64,000 bases of DNA from Candidatus Dormiibacterota bacterium (GTDB lineage: Bacteria; Chloroflexota; Dormibacteria; Aeolococcales; Aeolococcaceae), in contig CAVPXI010000013.1 of the NCBI GenBank assembly GCA_963709585.1, positions 64,001 to 128,000 on the forward strand, given 5' to 3'. Under the pieces are notes generated by a model. The model was not told the origin of the DNA, did not search any database, and saw only the letters and a list, made by a program, of their open reading frames with translations. The position numbers were made by a program, and so were the translations under genes. How positions within the stretch are numbered: the first letter of the stretch is position 1; each line of letters opens with the position of its first letter. Of this stretch, positions 1 to 9,261 are shown in pieces.

Positions 1-1
1 T

Positions 2-1103
2 GTGGCCGACAGCTCGTTCGCCTTCCTCACGACCCTCCAGAGCTACACGTCGGTGAACTTCCCCGATCTCGGCTGGACGATGGGCTATGCGCTCATCGGC
101 CTCGCCGCGGTGGGCGCGCTGAGTACCTCAGCACATACCGGGGACGAGGCCATCCGGCAACCGCGGTGGACTCTGATGCTGCCGTATCTCACCGTCGCCG
201 CCGCCGGCATCGCAGCCGTAGTGACCGAGTTCATCGCCGGGTCGCTCAACCGGGTGCTGGAATGGGATCTCATCCTCACCATCACCGTTGTGCTCGCAAG
301 GCAGTATCTATACGCCCGTGAGACCCGCTCATTGAACGAACAGGTCGCGCGCAAGAACGAGGACCTTGATCTGAAGGTTGACGAGCGCACCCGGGCGCTC
401 GTCGAGAGCCTCGAGGACCTCCACCGCTCCAACGATGAACGCACCAAGCTCCTCCTCCGGCTTGTGACCGTTCAGGAGCAGGAGCGGCAGCACATGGCCG
501 GCATCATCCACGACGACATGCTGCAGTCGATGATCGCTGCGAAGATGCGAATGTTCCTGTTACACGGGAACGACGGGGTCGAGGACGCGACCGCTGCGTC
601 GATCGAAGTCTTCTATCGAGGGAGCAATCGTGCGCATGCGCACGATGCTGAGCGATCTCCATCCGCACATCCTCGAACTCGGCCTGCGTGCGGCGGTAGA
701 ACAGTCGATCTCAGAGTTCAACGACGACGAGAACCTTGTGGTGGTTCTCACGAATGAGCTCACTGGGGATCCATCCCCGATCGTGGCCACAACGCTGTAC
801 CGCATCATCCGCGAGGCGCTCACGAATGCAAGCAAGCACGCGCGCGGCGCGTCCGTCACGGTGTTCCTGAACGGTGATCAGGGCAGCGGCTTCGGTGCAC
901 GCATCAGCGACAACGGCCCTGGATTCGCGCCTCGAACCGACAAGAGGTCCCCGCAGGGTCACCTCGGGCTAAGCTCCATGCATGAGCGTGCGGAGGCGCT
1001 TGGCGGGTGGGTACACCTCGACAGCGCCGAAGGAGCAGGCACTGCCATTGAGGTATGGCTGCCTCAGAAGCTGAAGTCCGTCGTTGAGATGCCTGCGGCA
1101 TGA
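2..1103 (+). CDS. Membrane sensor histidine kinase (NarX/DesK-type HisKA_3 + HATPase_c), 5' partial, frameshift near 610
   Basis: ORF 2..757 has TM helices and the H-box QEQERQHMAGIIHDDMLQ; ORF 630..1103 continues with EALTNASKHA, DNGPGF and GHLGLSSMHERA boxes. Confidence 0.85.
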
Positions 1104-1166
1104 CGTTTTCGTGACGAGTCGGCCCCCGGCGGTGTAAGGCGGCGCCGGCGTCCAGAGTGAGCGGCA

Positions 1167-1562
1167 ATGAACGGCACGCGACTTCGTGTGATCATCGTGG
1201 ACGACAGCGGGGAAGTGCTCTCAGCTCTCGGACGGATCATCGACAAGCAGGTTGATCTCGAGCTGATCGGGGTTGCGTCCAGCGTCGATGACGGCGTCCT
1301 TTTGGTGCGTCAGCTGCAGCCGGACGTGGTCGTCCTTGACGTCAACATGCCCGACGGCGGCGGCCTCAGAGCCGCAAAGGAGATGGTTGTCGTGGCGCCT
1401 GCCGCCCGCCTGATCGCCTTCTCCGCGTTCGACAAGACGCTAATTCGTAGGGCGATGACTGTCGCCGGCGTTTCCGCATACATATCCAAGTCGGGTGACA
1501 TCCGCGAACTTCTCGACGCAATCCGCGTCGGGCGGGATGTCGACGCGTTCACACCCCGCTGA
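1167..1562 (+). CDS. Stand-alone response regulator receiver (NarL-type REC, no DNA-binding domain)
   Basis: IIVDD...DVVVLDVNMPDGGG...YISK motifs, 131 aa. Confidence 0.85.
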   Translation: MNGTRLRVIIVDDSGEVLSALGRIIDKQVDLELIGVASSVDDGVLLVRQLQPDVVVLDVNMPDGGGLRAAKEMVVVAPAARLIAFSAFDKTLIRRAMTVAGVSAYISKSGDIRELLDAIRVGRDVDAFTPR

Positions 1563-1600
1563 GGGCGCGCATCCAGTCGCCACGGTCGGTGCCTGATGGC

Positions 1601-1622
1601 GACAGGACTCGAACCTGCGACC
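1601..1622 (-). repeat. Isolated 22-bp T-arm piece of the family A tRNA-Pro fragment
   Basis: gacaggactcgaacctgcgacc is identical to part of the family A core. Confidence 0.6.
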
Positions 1623-1929
1623 GTTGATGAGCAGCCCCCGGTGTCATAGAGACTGCGGTCACTTAGTCCCAACGACCGACAGCTGAGAGTCGAGGCGGCC
1701 AGCGCCGCCGAGATGTCAGTCTGCGTCGTTGCCGAGGGCCCCAGCCGTGGAGCTGTCCCGGTCCATCGTGCTGACAGACGTATCCAGCCTCTAGAACGGT
1801 TCGAGCATCCCGCGGACGCTGCCGATCTCGTGTTGAACCGCGACCAAGTCGATCTCTTCGCGGGCTACGTTGGCGATTGCTCCAGCGCCCGTCACACTGG
1901 CCAGATAGAGCGCACAGATGACCGCGGTC

Positions 1930-2290
1930 CAAAACTGTAAGCGCTATGTAGGCGCTTGACTGCCACAATCTCTTGCTATGAGCAGCGGCATCCAGCCTCA
2001 ACCATCGGGATTGATGCCTTTTGCAGGAAAAGTGATCATTCCTGGTTAGAGCACTACACGACGTGGGCGCGCAGGCGCCCAAACAAACTGCGCAACCTCT
2101 CGTTGCGAACTCAAGTCGGACGTCCGTCGGGGAGACAGGACTCGAACCTGCGACCCCTGGTCCCCCAGACTAGTCCTCACTTCCTTGATAATGCTGAGTT
2201 CGATTTAGAGTGCTTTCGTCGGGAAATGGTTGGAATGACGACTAGAGCGCCTAATGGAATCCGTTGGACTAGCGTCGACATCCACAGAGG
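1930..2290 (-). repeat. Family A att-like repeat copy 1: ~195-bp left arm + tRNA-Pro(GGG) 3' half (2126-2173) + ~110-bp right arm
   Basis: Reverse complement of the core reads CTAGT-CTGGGGG-ACCAG GGGTC GCAGG-TTCGAGT-CCTGT CTCCCCGAC (anticodon arm, T arm, acceptor 3' strand); arms align with the copies at 26.3 and 48.8 kb. Confidence 0.9.
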
Positions 2291-2429
2291 TTTATTGAGC
2301 GTACCCCATCTCCCCTCTTCCCCGATTGTTCTTGTACCTCGAACTGGGCCGCATCGTAACGGGGCCACCAAGGGCGCATGGGATGACCATCTGCGGCTCC
2401 GTTTATTCGATTCGACCCTCCCCGGCTCC

Positions 2430-2490
2430 TGGAGCGGAAGACGGGGCTCGAACGCGCAATTTCAACCTTGGGAAGGGGGCGGTCCGTTTT
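2430..2490 (-). repeat. tRNA-Gly(CCC) 3' half (2430-2476) with short flank shared with the 46.9-kb site
   Basis: Reverse complement CCTTCCCAAGGTTGAAATTGCGCGTTCGAGCCCCGTCTTCCGCTCCA: CCC anticodon loop, T-loop, U discriminator + CCA; no D arm or 5' half. Confidence 0.8.
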
Positions 2491-2862
2491 TGTATTCAGC
2501 TGCGCCCGACAGACCGCTCAGGATGTCTATCCACCCCCATTTTCGAGCGCGATCACATGGCCTTCGCCAGTCACCATCGGCCAATCAAGTGGGAGTGGAC
2601 GGCAGCCATCTCAATACTCGATTGCTCCGGTCCTCCACCCTACAGTCCGCCGAGTTCAACCACCCGCTCACTGTGCGCTCGTCAAGTAGCTCTCCGACGT
2701 TGTGAGCACTCCACCGCTCATGTCCGCCAAACCGGGGCAGGCTCGCCTCAGCCCTGACCACCTTCAACCCGCCCCTCATCCACCGACCAGTTATGACGGT
2801 TGCAGAGGAGTACCAGGTTGTCCAGGTGTCGTCCGACGAGATGAATGACGAGTTGATGCCCT

Positions 2863-3290
2863 CTACGAGACAGCGGCAAGACACGTGGACTGCGCCTCAC
2901 TCGGCGCCACCGCCGCTCGAATCGAGACGGCAGGCGGTGACTGCAGCGAGTTATGCACGGTGCAATGGCCGATCGCTCGACGGACTGCTTCGACGCGAGA
3001 CTCAGTTGTGGTCGAAGGCAGGTGTACCTCGATGGCGATGCTGGCGACGCGCCAGGGTGGCGCTCGCTCATCGTCCACGTGCAACGCACCGTCGGCCTCT
3101 CCCCTCCGGAGCCCAAACCGCGGCGGGCGTAATGGGCGACGCACGACGCCAGGGATGCGACGAAGAGATCGATGGGGGTCGGACCAGCATCATCGCCTCC
3201 AAACTCTCGGGGCTGGTCGACGATCACTTCATGACCGCGCACCGTGATCCGGTGGCGGTCACCGCCGAGGCTGACCACTGTCAGTTCCAT
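2863..3290 (-). CDS. OsmC/Ohr family protein, frameshift near 3060
   Basis: DQPREFGGDDAGPTPIDLFVASLASC in one frame; AIGHCTVHNSL (second Cys) in the adjacent frame. Confidence 0.8.
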
Positions 3291-3297
3291 GGCTGCT

Positions 3298-3822
3298 TTA
3301 GGTGAAGATGATCTGGCCGCCGGCGGCCTTCTCGTAGAACTCGCCCACGGTGATGATGTCCTGCACCTGGGGGATGAAATCGTCCTTGGTGAGTCCGAAC
3401 AAGTCGACGGACGCCTTGCACGCATATAGGCCAGCGCCGGTGTCGGCGATCATCTCGACGAACTCTGGGATGGACGGAATATCGAGCTTCTCCATCTTGG
3501 AGGCCAGGTAGTGGGTCATCACACTCGACATGCCCGGAACACCCCCAAGCCAGGTGGAGAGATGCAATCCCGGGTTCCCCACGGTCGCGATCTTGATGTG
3601 CTCGTGACGCGCCTTGTGGACGGCATCGAGCCCGAAGAAGGTGAAGAACAGATTTGCCTCGATCCCCTCGGCGCGCGCCCCGTTGGCCATGATCAAGCCC
3701 GGGTAGACCCCGTCAAGGGATCCCTTGGAGATGATGATCGACACCTTCTCGACGGTCGCCGGCATGAATGCCCTTGGCGCCACCGTCGGTGCCGCGGTTG
3801 GTTCGACCGTCAGGGTGGTCAT
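3298..3822 (-). CDS. DsrE/DsrF/DrsH-like sulfur carrier protein
   Basis: ANLFFTFFGL and LYACKASVDLFGL motifs. Confidence 0.85.
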   Translation of the reverse strand: MTTLTVEPTAAPTVAPRAFMPATVEKVSIIISKGSLDGVYPGLIMANGARAEGIEANLFFTFFGLDAVHKARHEHIKIATVGNPGLHLSTWLGGVPGMSSVMTHYLASKMEKLDIPSIPEFVEMIADTGAGLYACKASVDLFGLTKDDFIPQVQDIITVGEFYEKAAGGQIIFT

Positions 3823-3837
3823 GTCAGATCCTCCTCG

Positions 3838-4155
3838 TCAGATGCAGCCGCGTGGCTTGGGGATACCGGCAATCCGTGCGGCCACCTTTGCCGGGCCCTT
3901 GGGGAACAGTTCGTAAAGCTCTTTGATGGAAACGCCAGATGCTTTGCCCAACACGCGCACGGTCGGTCCGGTCCCCTTCTCCAGGTACTCACTCCGCATG
4001 AAGCGGATGACCTGCCAATGACGGTCGGTGAGGTAGCTGATGCCTTCCTGCGCAGCGAGCGCGGGGACCATGGCGTCGCTCCACTGTGATGGGTCAAGAA
4101 AGAAACCTTCATCGTTGCGAGCGACGTCGGCGAACTCGACGGTTGCGACGTTCAT
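3838..4155 (-). CDS. tusE: TusE/DsrC family sulfur relay protein (C-terminal CysA only)
   Basis: EGFFLDPSQW...LTDRHWQVI...LYELFPKGPAKVAARIAGIPKPRGCI; lacks CysB of true DsrC. Confidence 0.88.
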   Translation of the reverse strand: MNVATVEFADVARNDEGFFLDPSQWSDAMVPALAAQEGISYLTDRHWQVIRFMRSEYLEKGTGPTVRVLGKASGVSIKELYELFPKGPAKVAARIAGIPKPRGCI

Positions 4156-4166
4156 GCTGCTTCCTC

Positions 4167-5420
4167 TCAATGCGTTCCCGCGGGAACCTTGTGTTTGCCG
4201 GCGGTCGGCATGTCCGATGCGATGCCGGGGATGGAATGACCCGGTAGCAGCGCGTGCCAGTAGAACCACTGGAACATCAGCTTGCCGAGGTGGTTGAGGT
4301 GCGACTCTTTCAGGAGCGGCAGGCCGATGCGGTCAGGAAAGTGACCGGGCAACGGTTCGGTGTCGTAGTTGAAGTCGATGAGCACCGCCTTGCCGAAGCC
4401 TGTCTCGATGAAACAGTTGGCATGGCCGTCGTAGCTCGCGTCAAGCGATTCCCCTTCGAGGAATCTCCGGATGTTCTCGGTGAGCACTTCGCCCTCGAAG
4501 TGCGTGACGGATCCTGCTTTCGATATCGGCAGCCCGGCCGCATCACCGATGGCGAAGACATTCGGCGCAGCCTTGGATTGCAGCGTGTGCGGATCGGTGG
4601 GTATGAAGTTGAGCTCGTCGCCCAGTCCTGGGGACCGCCCGACAAGATCGGCGCCACCGTGGAGTGGCACGACCACGCCCAGATCGAATGGCACCTCGCG
4701 CCCGTCGTATGCAACCAGCTTCCCCCTTGTGGCGTCGACGCTCCCGGTGTTGAACTCGGTGACGACCTCGATGTTCTTCTGCGCCAGGAGTTCGCCGAGC
4801 TGTCGTGAGGCCACTGGCTTGGTGAAGGCACCGTCGAGCGGAGTCACATACGTCAGCGTGACGTCGTCGCGGACGCCCTTCTCGCGGAAGAACCAATCGG
4901 AGAGGAAGCAGAACTCCAGCGGCGCCACTGGGCATTTGATGGGCATGTCGACGACGTTCACAACGATCCGGCCGGCCTTGAAGTTCGCGAGCGCGGGCGC
5001 AAGCGCGCGCGCTCCGTCGAGCGAATAGAACGTGAAAACGTTCTGTTCCCACCCGGGCCCGGCGAGTCCCTCAGTCTCACTGGGCATCAGCACCGCGCCC
5101 GTCGCGATGACGAGGACGTCGTAACGCTCACTGGTTCCATCCTCGAAATGCACCACATTCGCGCCGAGGTCAACGCTCTCGATGGTGGCTTGGAGGTAGC
5201 GGACCCCTGCATGCAACTGATCGCCCCGGGATCGCACCAGTTCCTCTGCCTGAGCCAACCCAAAGGGGACAAAGAGCAAACCAGGCTGATACACGTGGGC
5301 GTCGTTCCCATCGACCACCGTGATATCTGTCGATCGCGGCAGCACCCGGCGCAAGCGGTTCGCGGTGATCGTTCCACCGGTGCCGCCACCGAGAATGAGA
5401 ACGTGCTTTTGGTCATTCAT
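4167..5420 (-). CDS. sqr: Sulfide:quinone oxidoreductase (type III-like)
   Basis: ILGGGTGG FAD motif, YQPG, IKCPVAPLE, VFAIGDA, YDGHANCFIETG; next to tusE/dsrE. Confidence 0.85.
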   Translation of the reverse strand: MNDQKHVLILGGGTGGTITANRLRRVLPRSTDITVVDGNDAHVYQPGLLFVPFGLAQAEELVRSRGDQLHAGVRYLQATIESVDLGANVVHFEDGTSERYDVLVIATGAVLMPSETEGLAGPGWEQNVFTFYSLDGARALAPALANFKAGRIVVNVVDMPIKCPVAPLEFCFLSDWFFREKGVRDDVTLTYVTPLDGAFTKPVASRQLGELLAQKNIEVVTEFNTGSVDATRGKLVAYDGREVPFDLGVVVPLHGGADLVGRSPGLGDELNFIPTDPHTLQSKAAPNVFAIGDAAGLPISKAGSVTHFEGEVLTENIRRFLEGESLDASYDGHANCFIETGFGKAVLIDFNYDTEPLPGHFPDRIGLPLLKESHLNHLGKLMFQWFYWHALLPGHSIPGIASDMPTAGKHKVPAGTH

Positions 5421-5481
5421 CGCAGCCCCAGGATGGCACCTGGTGCGATCGTCAGCCAGGGTCCAATCGCATCGGTTTCGT

Positions 5482-5496
5482 GTGACCTTGGACCCT
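5482..5496. promoter_or_regulatory. DosR-like operator upstream of sqr
   Basis: GTGACCTTGGACCCT; the same motif recurs at 7840, 7931, 15320, 15894 and 23922. Confidence 0.5.
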
Positions 5497-5618
5497 TCTC
5501 GCGTCCGAACTTGACGTAGCAAGAGAATCGCCCTGAGCTCGGCAAGGCTGAGGTTGCCAATACCAACGCACTGAAGAGGGTCCCGGGGTACCGTCGCACT
5601 CCGAAGTGGGACGTTAAG

Positions 5619-6275
5619 TCAGTTGACGTGTTCGATCGAGTGCCGTTTCGCCGCGATCCAGGTGAAGGGTTGAACCGCGCCACCGGGTGTGACGTGCTCC
5701 TCGCGGCTCAACTCAGCCACTTTGAAGCCGTCGAGGAGGCGTTGGAGGTCGGTGGCGTCATAGCGCGACACAGGGAGCCCGGAGCAGTGGTCCGGTCCGT
5801 CGGCAGCGAACGTGGCCATGATCAGCGCCCCGTCGTCGCTGATCGCCTGACGCATCACATCCAGATACCTCGCCCGCTCCGCGGTATCGGTGAGAAAGTG
5901 AAACACCGCGCGGTCGTGCCACAGGCCATATCGGCGTTCCGGCTGCCAGGACAGGATGTCCTCGCGAAGCCAGCGCACCGGAGCGGCGTCACCGAGCCGG
6001 TATCGAGCAAGCTCAAGCGCCGTCGACGACACGTCGAGGACAGACACGTCGGTGTAGCCCCGAGCCAGGAGCTCGTCTACGAGGAGGGAGGCGCCGCCGC
6101 CGACGTCGACAATCGGCGCTGTCTTCGGCACGCCGAGACGGTCGATGAGAGTCAGAGACATCGCCGGTTCGCGCTGATACCAACTGACCCGGGTCGCTCC
6201 TGCGTCGGCGTAGCGCCGGTCCCAATGTCGACGTCGCGATATGGAGCGCGCCCACTCAAAAGGCATAGACGACAA
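5619..6275 (-). CDS. Class I SAM-dependent methyltransferase
   Basis: HWDRRY...VSWYQ...IVDVGGGAS...WHDRAVFHFL...CSGLPV. Confidence 0.85.
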   Translation of the reverse strand: MSSMPFEWARSISRRRHWDRRYADAGATRVSWYQREPAMSLTLIDRLGVPKTAPIVDVGGGASLLVDELLARGYTDVSVLDVSSTALELARYRLGDAAPVRWLREDILSWQPERRYGLWHDRAVFHFLTDTAERARYLDVMRQAISDDGALIMATFAADGPDHCSGLPVSRYDATDLQRLLDGFKVAELSREEHVTPGGAVQPFTWIAAKRHSIEHVN

Positions 6276-6530
6276 AGTCTGCCCCCGCGCAGTGGACGAG
6301 TGATCCTTCAGCGGTGCAACCGCTTACACCTGTATTGGGCGCTCGACGCAGCTGCTCGGTTTTCATCGAAACACCTGAATTGCAATCAACCGCGCGGAGC
6401 TTGCTTTAGCTCGGAGGTCACCTGCCGGTCGGATAGGCCGCCAAGAAGATCGTCGCTTCTTTGCAGTCGCGCGGCCATCGGTACGCGCGGCACCGGGTTC
6501 TCGATGGGAGGACAAGAACGTCCCCCGCTC

Positions 6531-7000
6531 CTAGCACCCGATCACCGGCATGGCGCTGATCCGCTCCCGGCTCATCACGCGGGCTGCTTCCTTGATGCGT
6601 GTCGACGTCGAAACCGTAACCGGATTGCGGGTCATGACCTCGGTCACTGTGACATGCCGGGTCGGGTCCTCGGCTGGACCAGCGCGTTCGGTCACGGCTC
6701 GACCCACCGCGGCTCCGGCGGCTTCTCCGGCCACGCCGGCACCACCAGCAGGGGGCTGTGCCCTGCGTGAATCAGTTTGGTGGAAACGCTGCCGAGGAGA
6801 AGGCGCCGTGCGGCCCCGAAACCACGCGCACCGACGACGATCAGAGTCGACCCCGGTCGATCACTTTCGCGTGCCAGCAGGGCGTCCGCGGGGTCACCGC
6901 TGTCGGTCGTTGCACTGACCGGATGACCCGCCACGGGCTCGAGATTCTCCGCGAACCGGTCCAGGCGCTCACGCTCGGTCTCGTCAGGATCGTCAAAGGT
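6531..7000 (-). pseudogene. Universal stress protein and CBS-domain remnants
   Basis: GDPADALL...LIVVGARGFGAARRLLLGSVSTKL (USP C-terminus) followed in another frame by VTEVMTRNPVTV...ISAMPVI (CBS), broken by stops. Confidence 0.65.
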
Positions 7001-7296
7001 GAAGTACCGCTTCGCCTCCGGTGCCGGCAGCGGCTACCCACGCACCCTTTGCGACCAGGCCATGCTGGCCGCCGCGATCGTCCGCGACGGGTGTCTCCTC
7101 GATAAGAAATCGACCGCTCGGGACGTCCACTTCGAGCGCGGAATGGCAGGTCGTAGCGGCTGCAGCGACGGATCGCTGCCTCACGCGCCTCGCAGACGCC
7201 ACCATTCACCCGGAGCCAGCCGCCTGCACCCAACGGCAGCCAGTGGAGATCGACGCCGGAGATCCTGTCCTGAGTCCTTGCAGGCGGCGCCTCAAC

Positions 7297-7755
7297 TCAG
7301 GCCGGCGTGGCCGAGGCTGGCAGTCCCTCCAGGAGACGCTTCAGGCTGGCCCATATGGTCCGCTCCTGGCGCTGACCGATCAGTGTGATTATCGGTCGCA
7401 TCAGCTTGAGCCCGCCGTGCGGCTGTAGGTTCCAGTCCCAACGCAGGATGGTGCCTCCAGCCACCGGGTCGAATCTCAAATCGCCTCGAATATCCATTCC
7501 GGGCAGGCGTGTCAATGACGCCAGGCGTCGGGGGCGCTCATACGACGTCCACTCGATGATCACCGACGACTTTCGTCCCATGGTGCTCACCTCGGCACGG
7601 AACTGCGAGCCCACGCCGATCGGCCCGGACGATGCCAGCTCAGCATAAGTCATTCGGGGGTTGTAGCGCGGCTCGTTGCGCTCGTCTGCGCAGAAGTCAA
7701 ACACCGCATCGGCTGGGCGCTCGATGATGATTTCACCGTTTATCCGCTTAGTCAT
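7297..7755 (-). CDS. SRPBCC (START/polyketide cyclase) family protein
   Basis: IIIERPADAVFDFCADERNEPRYNP...GPIGVGSQF. Confidence 0.8.
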   Translation of the reverse strand: MTKRINGEIIIERPADAVFDFCADERNEPRYNPRMTYAELASSGPIGVGSQFRAEVSTMGRKSSVIIEWTSYERPRRLASLTRLPGMDIRGDLRFDPVAGGTILRWDWNLQPHGGLKLMRPIITLIGQRQERTIWASLKRLLEGLPASATPA

Positions 7756-7839
7756 GGACAACTCTCCCGATACGCGAAAGGCATTGAAGGTCCACCACCG
7801 TCAGGAATCTGACTATCAATCTTTCGTGAAAGTGCCGCC

Positions 7840-7945
7840 AGGGTCTAAGGTCACCTGCGTCCGAGCCAGACAACAACTCCGCCTCCCGGGCGAGCCGGAG
7901 GCTAGGTAGGGTCCTGCGGCGGGCCTACTTGTGACAAGCGGCCCT
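7840..7945. promoter_or_regulatory. Divergent promoter region with two DosR-like boxes (7840-7854, 7931-7945)
   Basis: AGGGTCTAAGGTCAC (reverse complement GTGACCTTAGACCCT) and GTGACAAGCGGCCCT. Confidence 0.5.
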
Positions 7946-8029
7946 TTTTCCGTCTCTGCGGCTTCGCCCACAATCGTAACTACCGGCAGCGCTCGCCTAC
8001 TTCAGGGGCAGCCGGGAAGGAGGCGCAAC

Positions 8030-8239
8030 GTGGGCAGGATCGCCGACAGTGCGAACCACCGATGGTTCGGATTGACCCCCATGCAATTCTTCGGGGCCGT
8101 AGCCCTACGAGTGATAGTCGCCGCGATTGTCGGTGTAGTCGTGTACCTCGCCACTGGGAGCGTGCTCTGGCTGATCGTGGCGCTCCTGGCGACGAGTGTG
8201 GTGATCAGCAGCGTCGCAAACACACGTCACCGCGCCTGA
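8030..8239 (+). CDS. Small two-TM hypothetical protein
   Basis: GTG start after GGAAGGAGG RBS; two hydrophobic helices. Confidence 0.6.
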   Translation: MGRIADSANHRWFGLTPMQFFGAVALRVIVAAIVGVVVYLATGSVLWLIVALLATSVVISSVANTRHRA

Positions 8240-8479
8240 GGGAGGTCGGGTGCGCGGCCCGGCCCCCAGCGCGTACTACCCGCCGTGCTGGGAATCCGGG
8301 CGGTGACGTTGATCACTGCACTCACGCCAAGCCCGCGATGCCTTATCCGCACTCCCCGGTCCACCGTGCCAAAAGGCCCGAGAGATTTGTTACGTCCTCC
8401 CCTCGCCAACGAGCCTCCCGCAGTGTCTAGTTGAACATGTTGAATCGGGCGATCCGTGGGTTCGCCAAGGAGGCACGTC

Positions 8480-9259
8480 ATGAGCCGTGAGGATTCTCAG
8501 AAAGGGACCCGAACGACCATAATGGTCATCGAGGGCCTCGTTGGAATCGCCGCACTGATCGCTGGGCTCCTCTTCATCGTGCGACCTGACGGCTCTCTGC
8601 TTGGGATGGCCAGGGGCACCCTCTCCGGCACAGGGTTCAGCGACTACCTCGTGCCGGGCATCCTGCTCGTGGTCGTCGTCGCCGGCGGGACCCTTCTCGC
8701 GGCCGGTGCGGTTGGCCTGCGGACGCGCAATGCGGCCGAACTAGTACTCGCCAGCGGGGCGATGCTGCTGCTCTTCGAAGGTGTCGAGGAGGCGCTCATC
8801 GGCTTCAGCCCCGAGCGACCCCTCATTGTTCTTCTCGGTCTCGTCCTCATCGCGTTGTCGCTGCGGCTGGCTGGACCGATGCGAGCGGCTCAAATAGAAC
8901 TCGCGGGGGATAGGTTGGACGTTCAGTTTCCGGGCTCCTCGGCTCTTCTGGCGTTCAAGCGGCCACTCGCGATTCCTCTGGCACATGTCCGACGGGTGGA
9001 TCGCGCGACGCATGGCCCGGAGGAGCAGTGGAAGGGCTTTCTCGGGCTCGGTACATGGCTCCCCGGTGTCATCGGAGCGCCGAGATTCCGTCACGCCGGC
9101 GGCCGCGTGTTCTTGAACGTGAGTGATCCCGCGAACGCCATCGTGCTGCAGCTCGATCAGGAGCACTACTCGCGCCTGGTGATTGACGTGGCAGATCCGG
9201 ACCGAACCATTGCAACCGTCCGCGCGGCAATCGCCGGCCAAACCCGCAGCGCGGCCTGA
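8480..9259 (+). CDS. Membrane protein (4 TM) with a C-terminal PH-like domain
   Basis: AAGGAGG RBS; FSDYLVPGILL TM module; C-terminal LAIPLAHVRRV...GTWLPGVI...YSRLVIDVADP. Confidence 0.7.
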   Translation: MSREDSQKGTRTTIMVIEGLVGIAALIAGLLFIVRPDGSLLGMARGTLSGTGFSDYLVPGILLVVVVAGGTLLAAGAVGLRTRNAAELVLASGAMLLLFEGVEEALIGFSPERPLIVLLGLVLIALSLRLAGPMRAAQIELAGDRLDVQFPGSSALLAFKRPLAIPLAHVRRVDRATHGPEEQWKGFLGLGTWLPGVIGAPRFRHAGGRVFLNVSDPANAIVLQLDQEHYSRLVIDVADPDRTIATVRAAIAGQTRSAA

Positions 9260-9261
9260 GC

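Noticed and set aside
2043-2056. TGGTTAGAGCAC in the left arm resembles a tRNA D-arm
   Set aside because: It is on the opposite strand to the core, has no supporting cloverleaf and is altered in copy 4
2126-2173. Intact tRNA-Pro or tRNA-Gly genes
   Set aside because: All copies lack the 5' acceptor strand and D arm
1930-2290. Family A as an IS or MITE
   Set aside because: No terminal inverted repeats or target duplications seen; all copies are co-oriented and two lack one arm exactly at the tRNA core. Not fully excluded without a genome-wide search
1956-2705. ORFs spanning family A repeats (also 26353-26708, 47160-47360, 48858-49445) containing SGRQDSNLRP
   Set aside because: This peptide is the antisense translation of a tRNA T-arm, and the frame is not conserved between copies
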